The translations under genes and the position numbers were made by a program. From IMG/VR virus record IMGVR_UViG_3300022921_001386: DNA of 64,000 nucleotides; one strand, written 5' to 3'. This stretch comes from a virus. How positions within the stretch are numbered: position 1 is the first letter of the stretch; each line of letters begins with the position of its first letter. The notes below the pieces were generated by a model that ran no database searches, was not told the origin of the DNA, and saw nothing but the letters and a program-made list of their open reading frames with translations. Of the stretch, positions 9,485-18,360 are shown piece after piece.

Positions 9485-9623
9485 CGTTATTGGTAGCGCA
9501 GAACCTAAATACACTCGATATGAAACTTTTGAAACTCAAAAAGAGTGCTTATTAGAACGAGCAGTACTTACTTCAACCTTTACACAAGGCGAAAGAGCAT
9601 TTTGCGAAGGAACAAATGAATAA
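9459..9623 (+). CDS. 54-aa hypothetical protein with hydrophobic N-terminus (not in ORF track)
   Basis: GAGGAG RBS; MWTLWIVSSVIG...FETQKEC...AFCEG. Confidence 0.6.
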   Translation: MWTLWIVSSVIGSAEPKYTRYETFETQKECLLERAVLTSTFTQGERAFCEGTNE

Positions 9624-10326
9624 ATTTATATTTGATGTGGACGGAACACTAACTCCGAGTAGGCAAAAGATTGATCCAACTTTTGAAAAGTTTTTTGAAT
9701 TGTTTTGTCGAGACAACGAAGTTTACCTTGTTACTGGCAGTGACTATCCTAAGACATTGGAGCAACTAGGTGAACGTATTGTAAACCAAGTAAAAGCTGT
9801 TTACAACTGTAGCGGCAATGATGTATGGCAGCATGGCAAAAACATCAAACGCAACAACTGGACACTTCCAGACGAGTGTCGTAAGTTTTTAGCAGGATGG
9901 ATTGAAGGTAGCGTGTTTCCAATCCGCACAGGCAATCACATTGAAGAACGACCAGGAACTGTAAACTTCTCGATTGTAGGACGTAACGCTACTCAAGAAC
10001 AACGTAAATTGTATGTAGAGTGGGATTTAGAACATCGTGAAAGAGAAAGCATTGCGTTGCAATTCAACATGATATACAAAGATCTTACTGCTACAGTAGG
10101 CGGAGATACCGGTATTGACATCTATCCTACAGGATATGACAAAGGTCAAATTATCAAAGATTTTAATCTAAGAAAAGATAAACTTTATTTCTTTGGTGAT
10201 AAAACATTGCCCGGCGGCAACGATGAACCGCTGGCAAAATTAATCAATCACACTTATCAAGTTAGAAACTGGCGAGACACTCACGAAAGACTTGGTTATT
10301 TTCAGGAGGCAAGGTTAGCAGGATGA
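9616..10326 (+). CDS. HAD-IIB phosphomannomutase (eukaryotic PMM-type)
   Basis: FDVDGTLTPSRQ, VTGSD, IEERPGTVNFSIVGRNA, FFGDKTLPGGND. Confidence 0.88.
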   Translation: MNKFIFDVDGTLTPSRQKIDPTFEKFFELFCRDNEVYLVTGSDYPKTLEQLGERIVNQVKAVYNCSGNDVWQHGKNIKRNNWTLPDECRKFLAGWIEGSVFPIRTGNHIEERPGTVNFSIVGRNATQEQRKLYVEWDLEHRERESIALQFNMIYKDLTATVGGDTGIDIYPTGYDKGQIIKDFNLRKDKLYFFGDKTLPGGNDEPLAKLINHTYQVRNWRDTHERLGYFQEARLAG

Positions 10327-11078
10327 TTATTGCAGGATACGGTTTTGTAGGCAAGGCATACGAATTACTATTTAATGGTTTTCGTAGAGAAATAGTAGTA
10401 CACGATCCTCCCAAAGGTATGGTAGCAGACTTTGATAATACCAGTGCTGTTGTTGTTTGTGTGCCTACACCAGAATTAGAATCAGGAGCGTGTGACATCA
10501 GTGCTGTATACGATGTAATATCGCAGTGTAACAAAGATACTCCTATAATGATCAAAAGCACTATCAGTTTGCAAGGTTGGAAGTTTTTAAAAGAAACATT
10601 TCCTAATCATCGTTTGTGCTTTTCACCGGAGTTTTTACGTGCTGCAAACTACATGAACGATATTAAAAACTTGGACAGTGTTATTCTAAGTGGTGATACT
10701 GATTACTGGCGAGATCAATATAGTTACAATTGGCCTAAGATTAAAATCCACACCGTAATACCAGAAGAAGCTATTGCTATTAAATATTTCCGCAATGCAT
10801 TTTTAGCAACCAAGGTTAGTTTCTTCAACGAGATCTATGATTTTTGTACAGCATATGGAATCGACTTTGATCAAGTAAGGGGCGGGGTTGCAGCAGACAC
10901 CCGTATTGGAGATAGTCATACGTATGTATGGCCCAATGAAAATGTAAGAGGATTTGGAGGCTATTGTTTTCCAAAAGACACTAGTGCGCTATTAAAAATG
11001 GCAGCAGAAAAGAAAATAAATCTAAATACTCTTGAAGCAGCAGTTGAATACAATAATAAAATAAAAAATAATGCTTGA
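10323..11078 (+). CDS. UDP-glucose/GDP-mannose dehydrogenase family protein lacking the C-terminal domain
   Basis: GYGFVG, CVPTP, IKST, PEFLR, NAFLATKVSFFNE, GFGGYCFPKD. Confidence 0.9.
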   Translation: MIIAGYGFVGKAYELLFNGFRREIVVHDPPKGMVADFDNTSAVVVCVPTPELESGACDISAVYDVISQCNKDTPIMIKSTISLQGWKFLKETFPNHRLCFSPEFLRAANYMNDIKNLDSVILSGDTDYWRDQYSYNWPKIKIHTVIPEEAIAIKYFRNAFLATKVSFFNEIYDFCTAYGIDFDQVRGGVAADTRIGDSHTYVWPNENVRGFGGYCFPKDTSALLKMAAEKKINLNTLEAAVEYNNKIKNNA

Positions 11079-11103
11079 CTTTCTACAAGTTAAACATTAT
11101 AAT
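11075..11103 (+). promoter_or_regulatory. Sigma70-type promoter
   Basis: TTGACT-17 bp-TATAAT upstream of the clamp gene. Confidence 0.8.
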
Positions 11104-11123
11104 AAAACATATAGGAGATAAAA

Positions 11124-11852
11124 ATGCAAGACATTCTACAAGATATCGTAAGCCATACGCACTCGTTGGGCTTTATTACAACACTAAAAGTTACAGCAGA
11201 AACAGAAACACAGATTGAAAGCATGGCAGACGATCGTAGTGTTATTATGACTGCAACTACAAACACGCCAGTTGGAGAATTTGTTGGTACGTTTGGCATG
11301 CCAGACTTGGGTAAGCTGTCGTATCATTTGAAGAATCCAGAATACAAAGAAAATGCTAGTATTAAAGTCGTACAAGCAGAACGCAATGGAGAAACTATTC
11401 CAACACACATTCACTTTGAAAACACAGCAGGCGATTTTGAAAATGATTATCGCTTTATGAACAAAGCAGTGATTGAAGAGAAACTTAAAAGTGTTAAGTT
11501 TAAAGGCAACAGCTGGAATGTTGAGTTTCAGCCAAGTATGGCAAGTATTGCACGTATGAAACTTATGTCAGGCGCACATTCAGAAGAAACTGTGTTCCAA
11601 GTTAAGACAGAAGATGACAACCTAAACTTTTACTTTGGAGACGAAGCAACACACGCTGGATCATTTACATTTGAACACGGCGTTGAAGGCACATTAACTC
11701 ATACATGGGCGTGGCCAGTTGCACAAACTATTGCTATCTTGAACTTGGATGGCGATAAAACAATGAGCATTACAGACCAAGGTGCTATGAAGATTTCAGT
11801 AGATAGCGGTATGGCCAAGTATGACTACATCCTTCCAGCACAGCAGAAGTAA
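11124..11852 (+). CDS. DNA polymerase sliding clamp (gp45-like)
   Basis: 242 aa, beta-rich two-domain pattern, FGMPDLGKL, C-terminal YDYILPA; replication context. Confidence 0.7.
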   Translation: MQDILQDIVSHTHSLGFITTLKVTAETETQIESMADDRSVIMTATTNTPVGEFVGTFGMPDLGKLSYHLKNPEYKENASIKVVQAERNGETIPTHIHFENTAGDFENDYRFMNKAVIEEKLKSVKFKGNSWNVEFQPSMASIARMKLMSGAHSEETVFQVKTEDDNLNFYFGDEATHAGSFTFEHGVEGTLTHTWAWPVAQTIAILNLDGDKTMSITDQGAMKISVDSGMAKYDYILPAQQK

Positions 11853-11853
11853 T

Positions 11854-12249
11854 ATGGAAGATTTTGATATCAACGAGTTTGCACGTATGTTTGACGCAGC
11901 ACTTGCGTCAGACAACCCTACTGTTAAAAAAGCACTGCGTAACTTTATGATGGTTACTGCTATTGTTCACTCAAAAGAACAAACCACGCCAGCGTTGACC
12001 ATAGGGCCATTGGAAAGACTGGTCAAAAAAGTAGAAGAGCTTGAGCGTATGGTGTATGAACTACAAAATAATCGCGTGACAACAGGTTATAAAGACAAGT
12101 ACCAGCGGGATTATTATAATAATACTTGGACATACGCACCTAATACTAGCACTACAAGCGGAACTATTAGTGGTACCAGTGTTGACAAAGTATGGTATGA
12201 TGAAGCAACTGACATTGTAGACCTACTAAAGGACTTAAAAATTAGATGA
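11854..12249 (+). CDS. Hypothetical protein
   Basis: Start re-assigned to MEDFDINE; coupled to the next gene. Confidence 0.65.
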   Translation: MEDFDINEFARMFDAALASDNPTVKKALRNFMMVTAIVHSKEQTTPALTIGPLERLVKKVEELERMVYELQNNRVTTGYKDKYQRDYYNNTWTYAPNTSTTSGTISGTSVDKVWYDEATDIVDLLKDLKIR

Positions 12250-13793
12250 AAACAAACCTTACTGAAACACAAAATGACTATGCTGTCTTCTTGCCTAGTA
12301 TTAGTGGCTTTTATGCTACATTTATAGGCAAACAACGTTATAGCGAATATGTTGATCCAACTCGTGTTCCAGCAGGTATTGGCACTGTGGAAGCAATGAA
12401 CTTTTTAAATTCCAAAGAAGGAGTGTTCCATTACAAGTGGGCACTCTATTCAGCTGGACATGCAGAGCTTGATACAACCAAGCACAGTGAAAAAGAAGAT
12501 ATGCTTCGCAATCGTGATAGAGATAACTCATGGTTGCTGGGCGACTCGGGAGGCTTCCAGATTGCCAAAGGTCTTTGGCCTGGTGATTGGACTGATCCTA
12601 ACTGTCCACATGCTGCTAAAAAGCGTGAACTGGTTGTTAACTGGATGGAAGAATATATGGACTACGGAATGATGTTGGATATTCCAACTTGGACATTCCA
12701 GGATCCTAAAGCAGCAGAAGCAGCAAACATTCACAGCTATCAAGATGCTGTAGATGCTACACACATTAATGCAAAATACTATATGGCTAATCGTCGTGGT
12801 AACTTTAAAGTACTAAATGTTCTACAAGGCAGCAATCATGGTGACGCAGACAGCTGGTACGAAGAGTTTAAAGATTACTGCGACCCTGCTAAGTATCCAG
12901 ACACACACTTTAATGGCTGGGCAATGGGCGGACAAAACATGTGTGATGTGCATCTTATCCTAAGACGCCTTGTGCATATGATACACGATGGATTGCTTGA
13001 AGAAGGATTGCATGATGTAATGCACTTCCTTGGTACTAGTAAACTAGAGTGGGCTGTGTTACTTACAGACATTCAACGTGCTGTTCGCAAGTATCATAAT
13101 CCTAACTTTATGATCACTTATGACTGTGCATCGCCTTTCCTTGCTACTGCAAACGGACAGATTTATCACAGTATTCGTATTGAAGATCGCGGTAAGTGGA
13201 GTTACATGATGAGCCCTGGTGCTGATGCACTAAAGTATGCAACAGATACACGCAAGTTCAAAGATGCAGTTGTTACAGATCGTATCCTAGATGCATTTGA
13301 AGATTCTCCAATGAGTGTACATTGCAATATTAATGATATTTGTATATATGCAGAAGGTGATAAGAACAAGATTGGCACACCTAAAGTAAAAGCAGGTGAT
13401 GTTGATATAGACAAGCATGGCAATCCTATACTAGATGAAGATGGTAACCCTGTTGTTCGTAAGAAAGACAGTACCAGCTGGGATAGTTTCAGCTATGCAC
13501 TACAAATGGGGCATAATGTTTGGATGCACATCGAAAGCACACAACGTGCTAACAGAGAATATGACGCTGGCATTTCGCCTTATATGCTAATCAATGACAC
13601 AGACTTTCCGGGTTGGGGAGTTGTTAAGTTCAAAGAAGTAGTTGACGAGATCTTTAGTTTGAAAGACAGGCAGAAGAGCTTGGACTTGATCGAAAAATAT
13701 GATCGTTATTGGATGCATGTGATTGGTACACGCCTTAACATTGGTAAGAAGGCTAAAAACGCACTGACAAAATATGGAGAGTTATTTGAATGA
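12246..13793 (+). CDS. dpdA: tRNA-guanine transglycosylase-fold protein, DpdA-like DNA 7-deazaguanine insertase
   Basis: LGDSGGFQ, MMLDIP, VLQG, GWAMGG, HFLG, YDCASP; folE and queE are in the same region. Confidence 0.8.
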   Translation: MKTNLTETQNDYAVFLPSISGFYATFIGKQRYSEYVDPTRVPAGIGTVEAMNFLNSKEGVFHYKWALYSAGHAELDTTKHSEKEDMLRNRDRDNSWLLGDSGGFQIAKGLWPGDWTDPNCPHAAKKRELVVNWMEEYMDYGMMLDIPTWTFQDPKAAEAANIHSYQDAVDATHINAKYYMANRRGNFKVLNVLQGSNHGDADSWYEEFKDYCDPAKYPDTHFNGWAMGGQNMCDVHLILRRLVHMIHDGLLEEGLHDVMHFLGTSKLEWAVLLTDIQRAVRKYHNPNFMITYDCASPFLATANGQIYHSIRIEDRGKWSYMMSPGADALKYATDTRKFKDAVVTDRILDAFEDSPMSVHCNINDICIYAEGDKNKIGTPKVKAGDVDIDKHGNPILDEDGNPVVRKKDSTSWDSFSYALQMGHNVWMHIESTQRANREYDAGISPYMLINDTDFPGWGVVKFKEVVDEIFSLKDRQKSLDLIEKYDRYWMHVIGTRLNIGKKAKNALTKYGELFE

Positions 13794-13984
13794 ATTATGA
13801 TAGTCTTGAGGCACATTTAGATGAGCTTGTTAAAAAACATCGAAAACTTGATGAAGAAGTCGAGCAGTTGTCGACCCAGCATGTTAGTGCAGAACTAAGG
13901 CAACTAAAAACACAAAAACTTTGGCTCAAGGATGAAATACATCGTATACAAAAACAACTCAAAGGAAGTAACGGCCATGGATAG
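13790..13984 (+). CDS. DUF465/YdcH-like coiled-coil protein
   Basis: HRKLDEEV...LKTQKLWLKDEI. Confidence 0.75.
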   Translation: MNYDSLEAHLDELVKKHRKLDEEVEQLSTQHVSAELRQLKTQKLWLKDEIHRIQKQLKGSNGHG

Positions 13985-14144
13985 TAAACAGATCCAACTT
14001 ACTAACTTAGAACTTGCACTAGAAGATCTTGATAAAATCATTGACAATATGAAAAAGAACAACTATAGTAAAGAAGAGTTAAATGAATACGTGAAAAAAC
14101 GTTGGAATGTTTGGAACGAAATGCATCAGGTAAAAAAACAATGA
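13977..14144 (+). CDS. Hypothetical protein
   Basis: Start re-assigned to MDSKQIQ (AGGAAG RBS). Confidence 0.6.
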   Translation: MDSKQIQLTNLELALEDLDKIIDNMKKNNYSKEELNEYVKKRWNVWNEMHQVKKQ

Positions 14145-14668
14145 AACGAATATATGACCAAGGCGACAAGATTGAAAACGTGCAATACTTTACAGGCACC
14201 GAAGTAGAACATACTCCGCAATATGGAAAACGCACACTGTTTGTTGTAGGTGTTAAAGATGCAGAAGAAGTAATTGCTACAGCAGAAGAAGCTGGGTGCA
14301 AACACATCTACCTTGGTGCTAATATGAGCTTTAATGTTACCAGCAATACTGAAAGCGAATGGCAACCTTGGGAAGCTATGGTATTTCCGTTGCTCAAAGA
14401 AGGATATTGGGTAACGCTAGATGTAGATGCGAACCAAGTAGAAGGGTTACTAGAAACTGGCTTTACAGAATACAACCGCTTTATTCCAATGATTAGTGTA
14501 AAGATTCCGTACATCGAACAACTCGGATACAATGCTTGTTTAAAAGTTGACGACAAAGACTTTGATGCAAGCAACCCGGGTGTTTGGGTACATCGTGTAC
14601 ATGATTTAAAAAATAAATCTGTGTTTACAGATTGGTCTAAATACACCACAGACACAATTATTAGTTGA
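14141..14668 (+). CDS. Hypothetical alpha/beta protein within the dpd cluster
   Basis: ATGA coupling; GTEVEHTP, TLFVVG, HIYLGAN, KVDD..F..SNPGVW. Confidence 0.75.
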   Translation: MKRIYDQGDKIENVQYFTGTEVEHTPQYGKRTLFVVGVKDAEEVIATAEEAGCKHIYLGANMSFNVTSNTESEWQPWEAMVFPLLKEGYWVTLDVDANQVEGLLETGFTEYNRFIPMISVKIPYIEQLGYNACLKVDDKDFDASNPGVWVHRVHDLKNKSVFTDWSKYTTDTIIS

Positions 14669-14693
14669 CAAAATGACACAAGAATCGTATTAT
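14665..14693 (+). promoter_or_regulatory. Sigma70-type promoter, possibly producing a leaderless mRNA
   Basis: TTGACA-17 bp-TATTAT, then 6 nt, then in-frame ATG at 14700. Confidence 0.55.
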
Positions 14694-14699
14694 AACTAT

Positions 14700-15146
14700 A
14701 TGAAACGGCGCAGCAAAGAAGAGGACGCTAAATTGACAGAAGCAAGTACAACTATTAATGTACCCATGACAACAGCAAAACGTAGTATTTGGGTAACCTT
14801 TACCAAAGAGGGTATTCACAAATATCCAGCAGCACTAGAAGATCCTAAACTTGCTACTGGTGATGAGTATGATGTAAGTTTCTTAGGATACCCGCATCGA
14901 CATACTTTTCATTTTAAAGTGCAAATTGAAGTATTTCACAACGATCGTGATATTGAGTTTATTCAATTCAAGCGTTGGTTGGAAAACTTGTACAAAGATG
15001 ATGTATTGCAACTTGATTACCTATCATGTGAAATGATTTCAGATTCCTTGTACACACAGATTAACAGCAGATATCCCGGCCGGTTTGTTGTTATTGATGT
15101 CGCCGAAGATGGCGAAAACGGCTGTCAAATTGTTTACCCAGCATAA
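14700..15146 (+). CDS. QueD-like T-fold protein, DpdL-type (putative CDG decarboxylase)
   Basis: LGYPHRHTF (LxxxHRHxF replacing QueD CxxxHGH), DRDIEFI, SCEM, EDGENG; alternative start 14673. Confidence 0.7.
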   Translation: MKRRSKEEDAKLTEASTTINVPMTTAKRSIWVTFTKEGIHKYPAALEDPKLATGDEYDVSFLGYPHRHTFHFKVQIEVFHNDRDIEFIQFKRWLENLYKDDVLQLDYLSCEMISDSLYTQINSRYPGRFVVIDVAEDGENGCQIVYPA

Positions 15147-15160
15147 AGGAATAAAGGTAA

Positions 15161-15361
15161 ATGACTATTACAAATCCAGTAGTAAACAAAATATTTAACG
15201 ATCTTGAAGAGTTCCACGACTTCTGTCGTACTGAAGGACACCCTTTTAACAAGGAAGATTTATATCGCAACGATCGTCGGCCGTGGATGGCCTTCCAGAA
15301 ATACAAAAACTGGCTACGTGCAAAAGCTCGCGGTGGCGAAAGAAAGCCTCGTAATGCGTAA
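15161..15361 (+). CDS. Hypothetical protein
   Basis: RBS present; IFNDLEEFHDFCR...FNKEDLY. Confidence 0.7.
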   Translation: MTITNPVVNKIFNDLEEFHDFCRTEGHPFNKEDLYRNDRRPWMAFQKYKNWLRAKARGGERKPRNA

Positions 15362-16532
15362 ACTGTTTTATATGGGGCTAGAGCCCTATGAAGGCAGGTA
15401 CACACTCCAGTTGCAAGACTGGAGTGAACGTGCATTTAAAAAACGTGGCATTGACTACGTTGTTGTACCTGGCAAAACTATTGACAATACTAAAGCTATT
15501 AGTGTTGGACAAGTGTTAGATGCACACGGACGCAGTTACTTTGGTATGAGTCAGATGATGAATCTTGTACAAATGATGCGTGAAGGTGAATGTACTGGCG
15601 AAGACGTTGTTTTCTTTGAAGACATGTTTCAGCCAGGCATGGAATCACTTCCATATATTATGGATCAGATTCCAGAAGAACAACGCCCTAAGGTTTGGGT
15701 GCGTTGTTTGGCACAAGCCGTAGACCCAGATGACTTTGTTCATGTTTGGGGTATGGGCAAATGGATGAGTTTGTATGAAGAAATGTGCAACGAGTTTGTT
15801 ACTGGCGTACTAGCAAGTAATGAAGAAATGGTTGCTAACATGAAGATTGCAAACTGGAAGGCTCCTCTCTACAATGTCAGTGGACTTGCATTTGATAAGA
15901 CTGAAGTGCAAGAACGTGTAAATGGTGTAATCAAAGATTGGACAGATCGTAAGGATCGTGTTGTGTTTACTGCACGGTTTGATCAAGAAAAACAACCAGA
16001 CTTCTACATGGATTTGATTGAAGAATGGTACGGTACACCCGGAACACCTGAAGTAGAGTTTGCTATTTTACAAGGCGGACCATTGCGTAGTAACAATCAA
16101 AAGTATATTGATCGTGCTAGAAAAATGGCAGAACGTGGCCAACTTGTTATCTACGAAAACTTGAAGAAGGACGAATATTACGATATTGTAAACAACAGTA
16201 AAGTATTGTTTAACTGTGCATTGCAGGACTGGACAAGCAATACTGTCAGCGAAGCAGACGCATTAGGTTGTAATGTGCTGTTTCCAGCGTATCGTAGTTT
16301 TCCTGAAATCTTTAACAACGATCATACACGCTTGTATGTTCCGTGGAGTATTGAAGATGCAATGAACAAAATGCAAACTTTATTACACATTCCACACAAA
16401 GATGTTGGCAAGATTTCAGATTGGACCACTGGTACTATTGATCGTTACATTGATATTATGCAAGGCAACGGTGAACAATGGAACCGCAACAGTAACCGCT
16501 ACAGAGATGAAGTAGCAACTACAAAATACTGA
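15354..16532 (+). CDS. GT-B fold glycosyltransferase (GT4-like)
   Basis: Start re-assigned to MRKLFY; VFTARFDQEKQPD, EYYDIV, EADALGCNVLFP, SFPE. Confidence 0.8.
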   Translation: MRKLFYMGLEPYEGRYTLQLQDWSERAFKKRGIDYVVVPGKTIDNTKAISVGQVLDAHGRSYFGMSQMMNLVQMMREGECTGEDVVFFEDMFQPGMESLPYIMDQIPEEQRPKVWVRCLAQAVDPDDFVHVWGMGKWMSLYEEMCNEFVTGVLASNEEMVANMKIANWKAPLYNVSGLAFDKTEVQERVNGVIKDWTDRKDRVVFTARFDQEKQPDFYMDLIEEWYGTPGTPEVEFAILQGGPLRSNNQKYIDRARKMAERGQLVIYENLKKDEYYDIVNNSKVLFNCALQDWTSNTVSEADALGCNVLFPAYRSFPEIFNNDHTRLYVPWSIEDAMNKMQTLLHIPHKDVGKISDWTTGTIDRYIDIMQGNGEQWNRNSNRYRDEVATTKY

Positions 16533-16540
16533 GTAATAAT

Positions 16541-16957
16541 ATGTCAAATGTTGTTAGCATTCATAAAGCATACGCACCAAAGTGCTGTCATCCAAACTGT
16601 TCTACTCGGGTAGGATATCATAATAAAAAAAGAAAAACAGACGGCTCGTGGAGTTATAAATGGAAGGCATTTTGCGAATATCATCGTACTGATGTTGTTG
16701 GTAAAAGTCTTGTAGATGCATTTAAAGCTTCTCGAGGCGGATGTGAAAGCCAAATACTTGGATGGCCGTGCCCCGGTCACCATGGCGACTTAACTATTGA
16801 TCACTACGACGGCGACAAGCATAATAACAACGAAGATAACTTGTTGGTATTATGCCCAAATTGCCATGCAAAGAAAACAAAGTTGTATGGTGATAATCGA
16901 GTAAGGTATAATAATATTCAAGCATTGCCTGCTCACTTATGGGATGTAAAAGCATGA
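16541..16957 (+). mobile_element. Free-standing HNH endonuclease (putative homing endonuclease)
   Basis: IDHYDGDKHNNNEDNLLVLCPNCHAKKT; N-terminal Cys/His motifs. Confidence 0.8.
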
Positions 16958-17826
16958 GAGTATTGGTCACAGGCGCAACTGGTTATATTGGTAGCCATGT
17001 TTGTAAACTATTAAAAGAGCACGGACATCATGTTACTGCTTGGGATATTAACATTCACGGTGAATACAATGACATCATGGCATACTGTGACCAATACTCG
17101 AGCTCTGATATTACAAAGTTTGTACACGGCTCGTATGATGCTGTTGTACACTTAGCAGGACGCAGTGTGGTGCCGCAGAGCTTGTTAGAGCCCACAGAGT
17201 ACTATAGAGTAAATGTAATGGGCACTGCTAACTTGTTAGAGCGTGTACAAACTGATCACATACTGTTTGCTAGTACCAGTAGTGCTTGGGAAATGGCTTC
17301 GCCTTATGCTAGAAGCAAAGTAGCAGCAGAAGATGTAATCAAGGAGAAAGCCAATGGATACACAATCTTTAGATTTTTTAACGTATCTGGTACTGACGGC
17401 GTTAATCGTCAACTAGGCGATCCTACCCATCTTATTCGTGTTGCTGCTATGGTGGCTGCTGAGAAACTACCCGACATTAAGATCTTTGGTACGGACTATG
17501 ATACTAGGGATGGCACTTGTATTCGTGATTATATTCATGTTGTTGATTTGGCTCGTGCCATTGTCAACGGAGTGGAACGAGGTCCTGCCAACACACCATA
17601 CGAATGTCTTGGTTCTAACGTAGGATACAGTGTGCGTGAAGTAATCAATACCATGCAGCAAGTCACTGGTAAAAAGTTAAATACTATTAAAGCAGAACGC
17701 AGAGAAGGTGATGCTGTATCTAGTGTTGTAGATAATCTTAGTGATTTAGTAACATTAGAAAAAAGCATCGAAGATATGTGTTTAGATCAATACACCCTGG
17801 AGATTAGAAAAAATGGAAAAACTTAA
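16954..17826 (+). CDS. galE: UDP-glucose 4-epimerase
   Basis: VLVTGATGYIGSH, HLAG, YARSK, RFFNV, DGTCIRDYIHVVDLA. Confidence 0.9.
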   Translation: MRVLVTGATGYIGSHVCKLLKEHGHHVTAWDINIHGEYNDIMAYCDQYSSSDITKFVHGSYDAVVHLAGRSVVPQSLLEPTEYYRVNVMGTANLLERVQTDHILFASTSSAWEMASPYARSKVAAEDVIKEKANGYTIFRFFNVSGTDGVNRQLGDPTHLIRVAAMVAAEKLPDIKIFGTDYDTRDGTCIRDYIHVVDLARAIVNGVERGPANTPYECLGSNVGYSVREVINTMQQVTGKKLNTIKAERREGDAVSSVVDNLSDLVTLEKSIEDMCLDQYTLEIRKNGKT

Positions 17827-18040
17827 TAAACTCACATTACAAATAGTAGAGATGTTAGATAATGGCGATCTTATGGGATGCTATAGTTTATTTGAAGCAG
17901 AGATAAGAGATATTATACCAACTTTAGATCAAGAATCAGAAATAGGAAAAACGTGGCTACATCAAGTTAAACTGATCGACGACGAAGACTGGGGCGGAGT
18001 AATGGAAAATATGGAAAATATTAGAAAGTTTGTTGAATAA
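17813..18040 (+). CDS. Hypothetical protein
   Basis: GGAG RBS; coupled ORF. Confidence 0.6.
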   Translation: MEKLNKLTLQIVEMLDNGDLMGCYSLFEAEIRDIIPTLDQESEIGKTWLHQVKLIDDEDWGGVMENMENIRKFVE

Positions 18041-18360
18041 TGGAAGAAGATACTATTACTATTAGTAGTGACAATGAATATACGTTTGACATCGCTGATT
18101 TAACAGTTGATACCATTGATATTAGTAGTATTACATCAAGTACTGTTAGTACTATTACACTTGAAGGCACACACTGGTCAGACGGGATTACTTGGGAACA
18201 AGTTGAGTTCGAAGATAGTATGCCCAGTGTTGCCAAAGTAGAAGATATGTGCAATGATTATCCGGCATTGGCAACAGCATACGAAAACTTTAAAACTATC
18301 TACTCTCTAGTACATCAAGACTGGAAAGGCAAACAAAATGATGATGCGCATCCATTCTAA
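18040..18360 (+). CDS. Hypothetical protein with S/T/D-rich N-terminus
   Basis: TAATG coupling; MCNDYPALATAYENFKTIY. Confidence 0.65.
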   Translation: MEEDTITISSDNEYTFDIADLTVDTIDISSITSSTVSTITLEGTHWSDGITWEQVEFEDSMPSVAKVEDMCNDYPALATAYENFKTIYSLVHQDWKGKQNDDAHPF

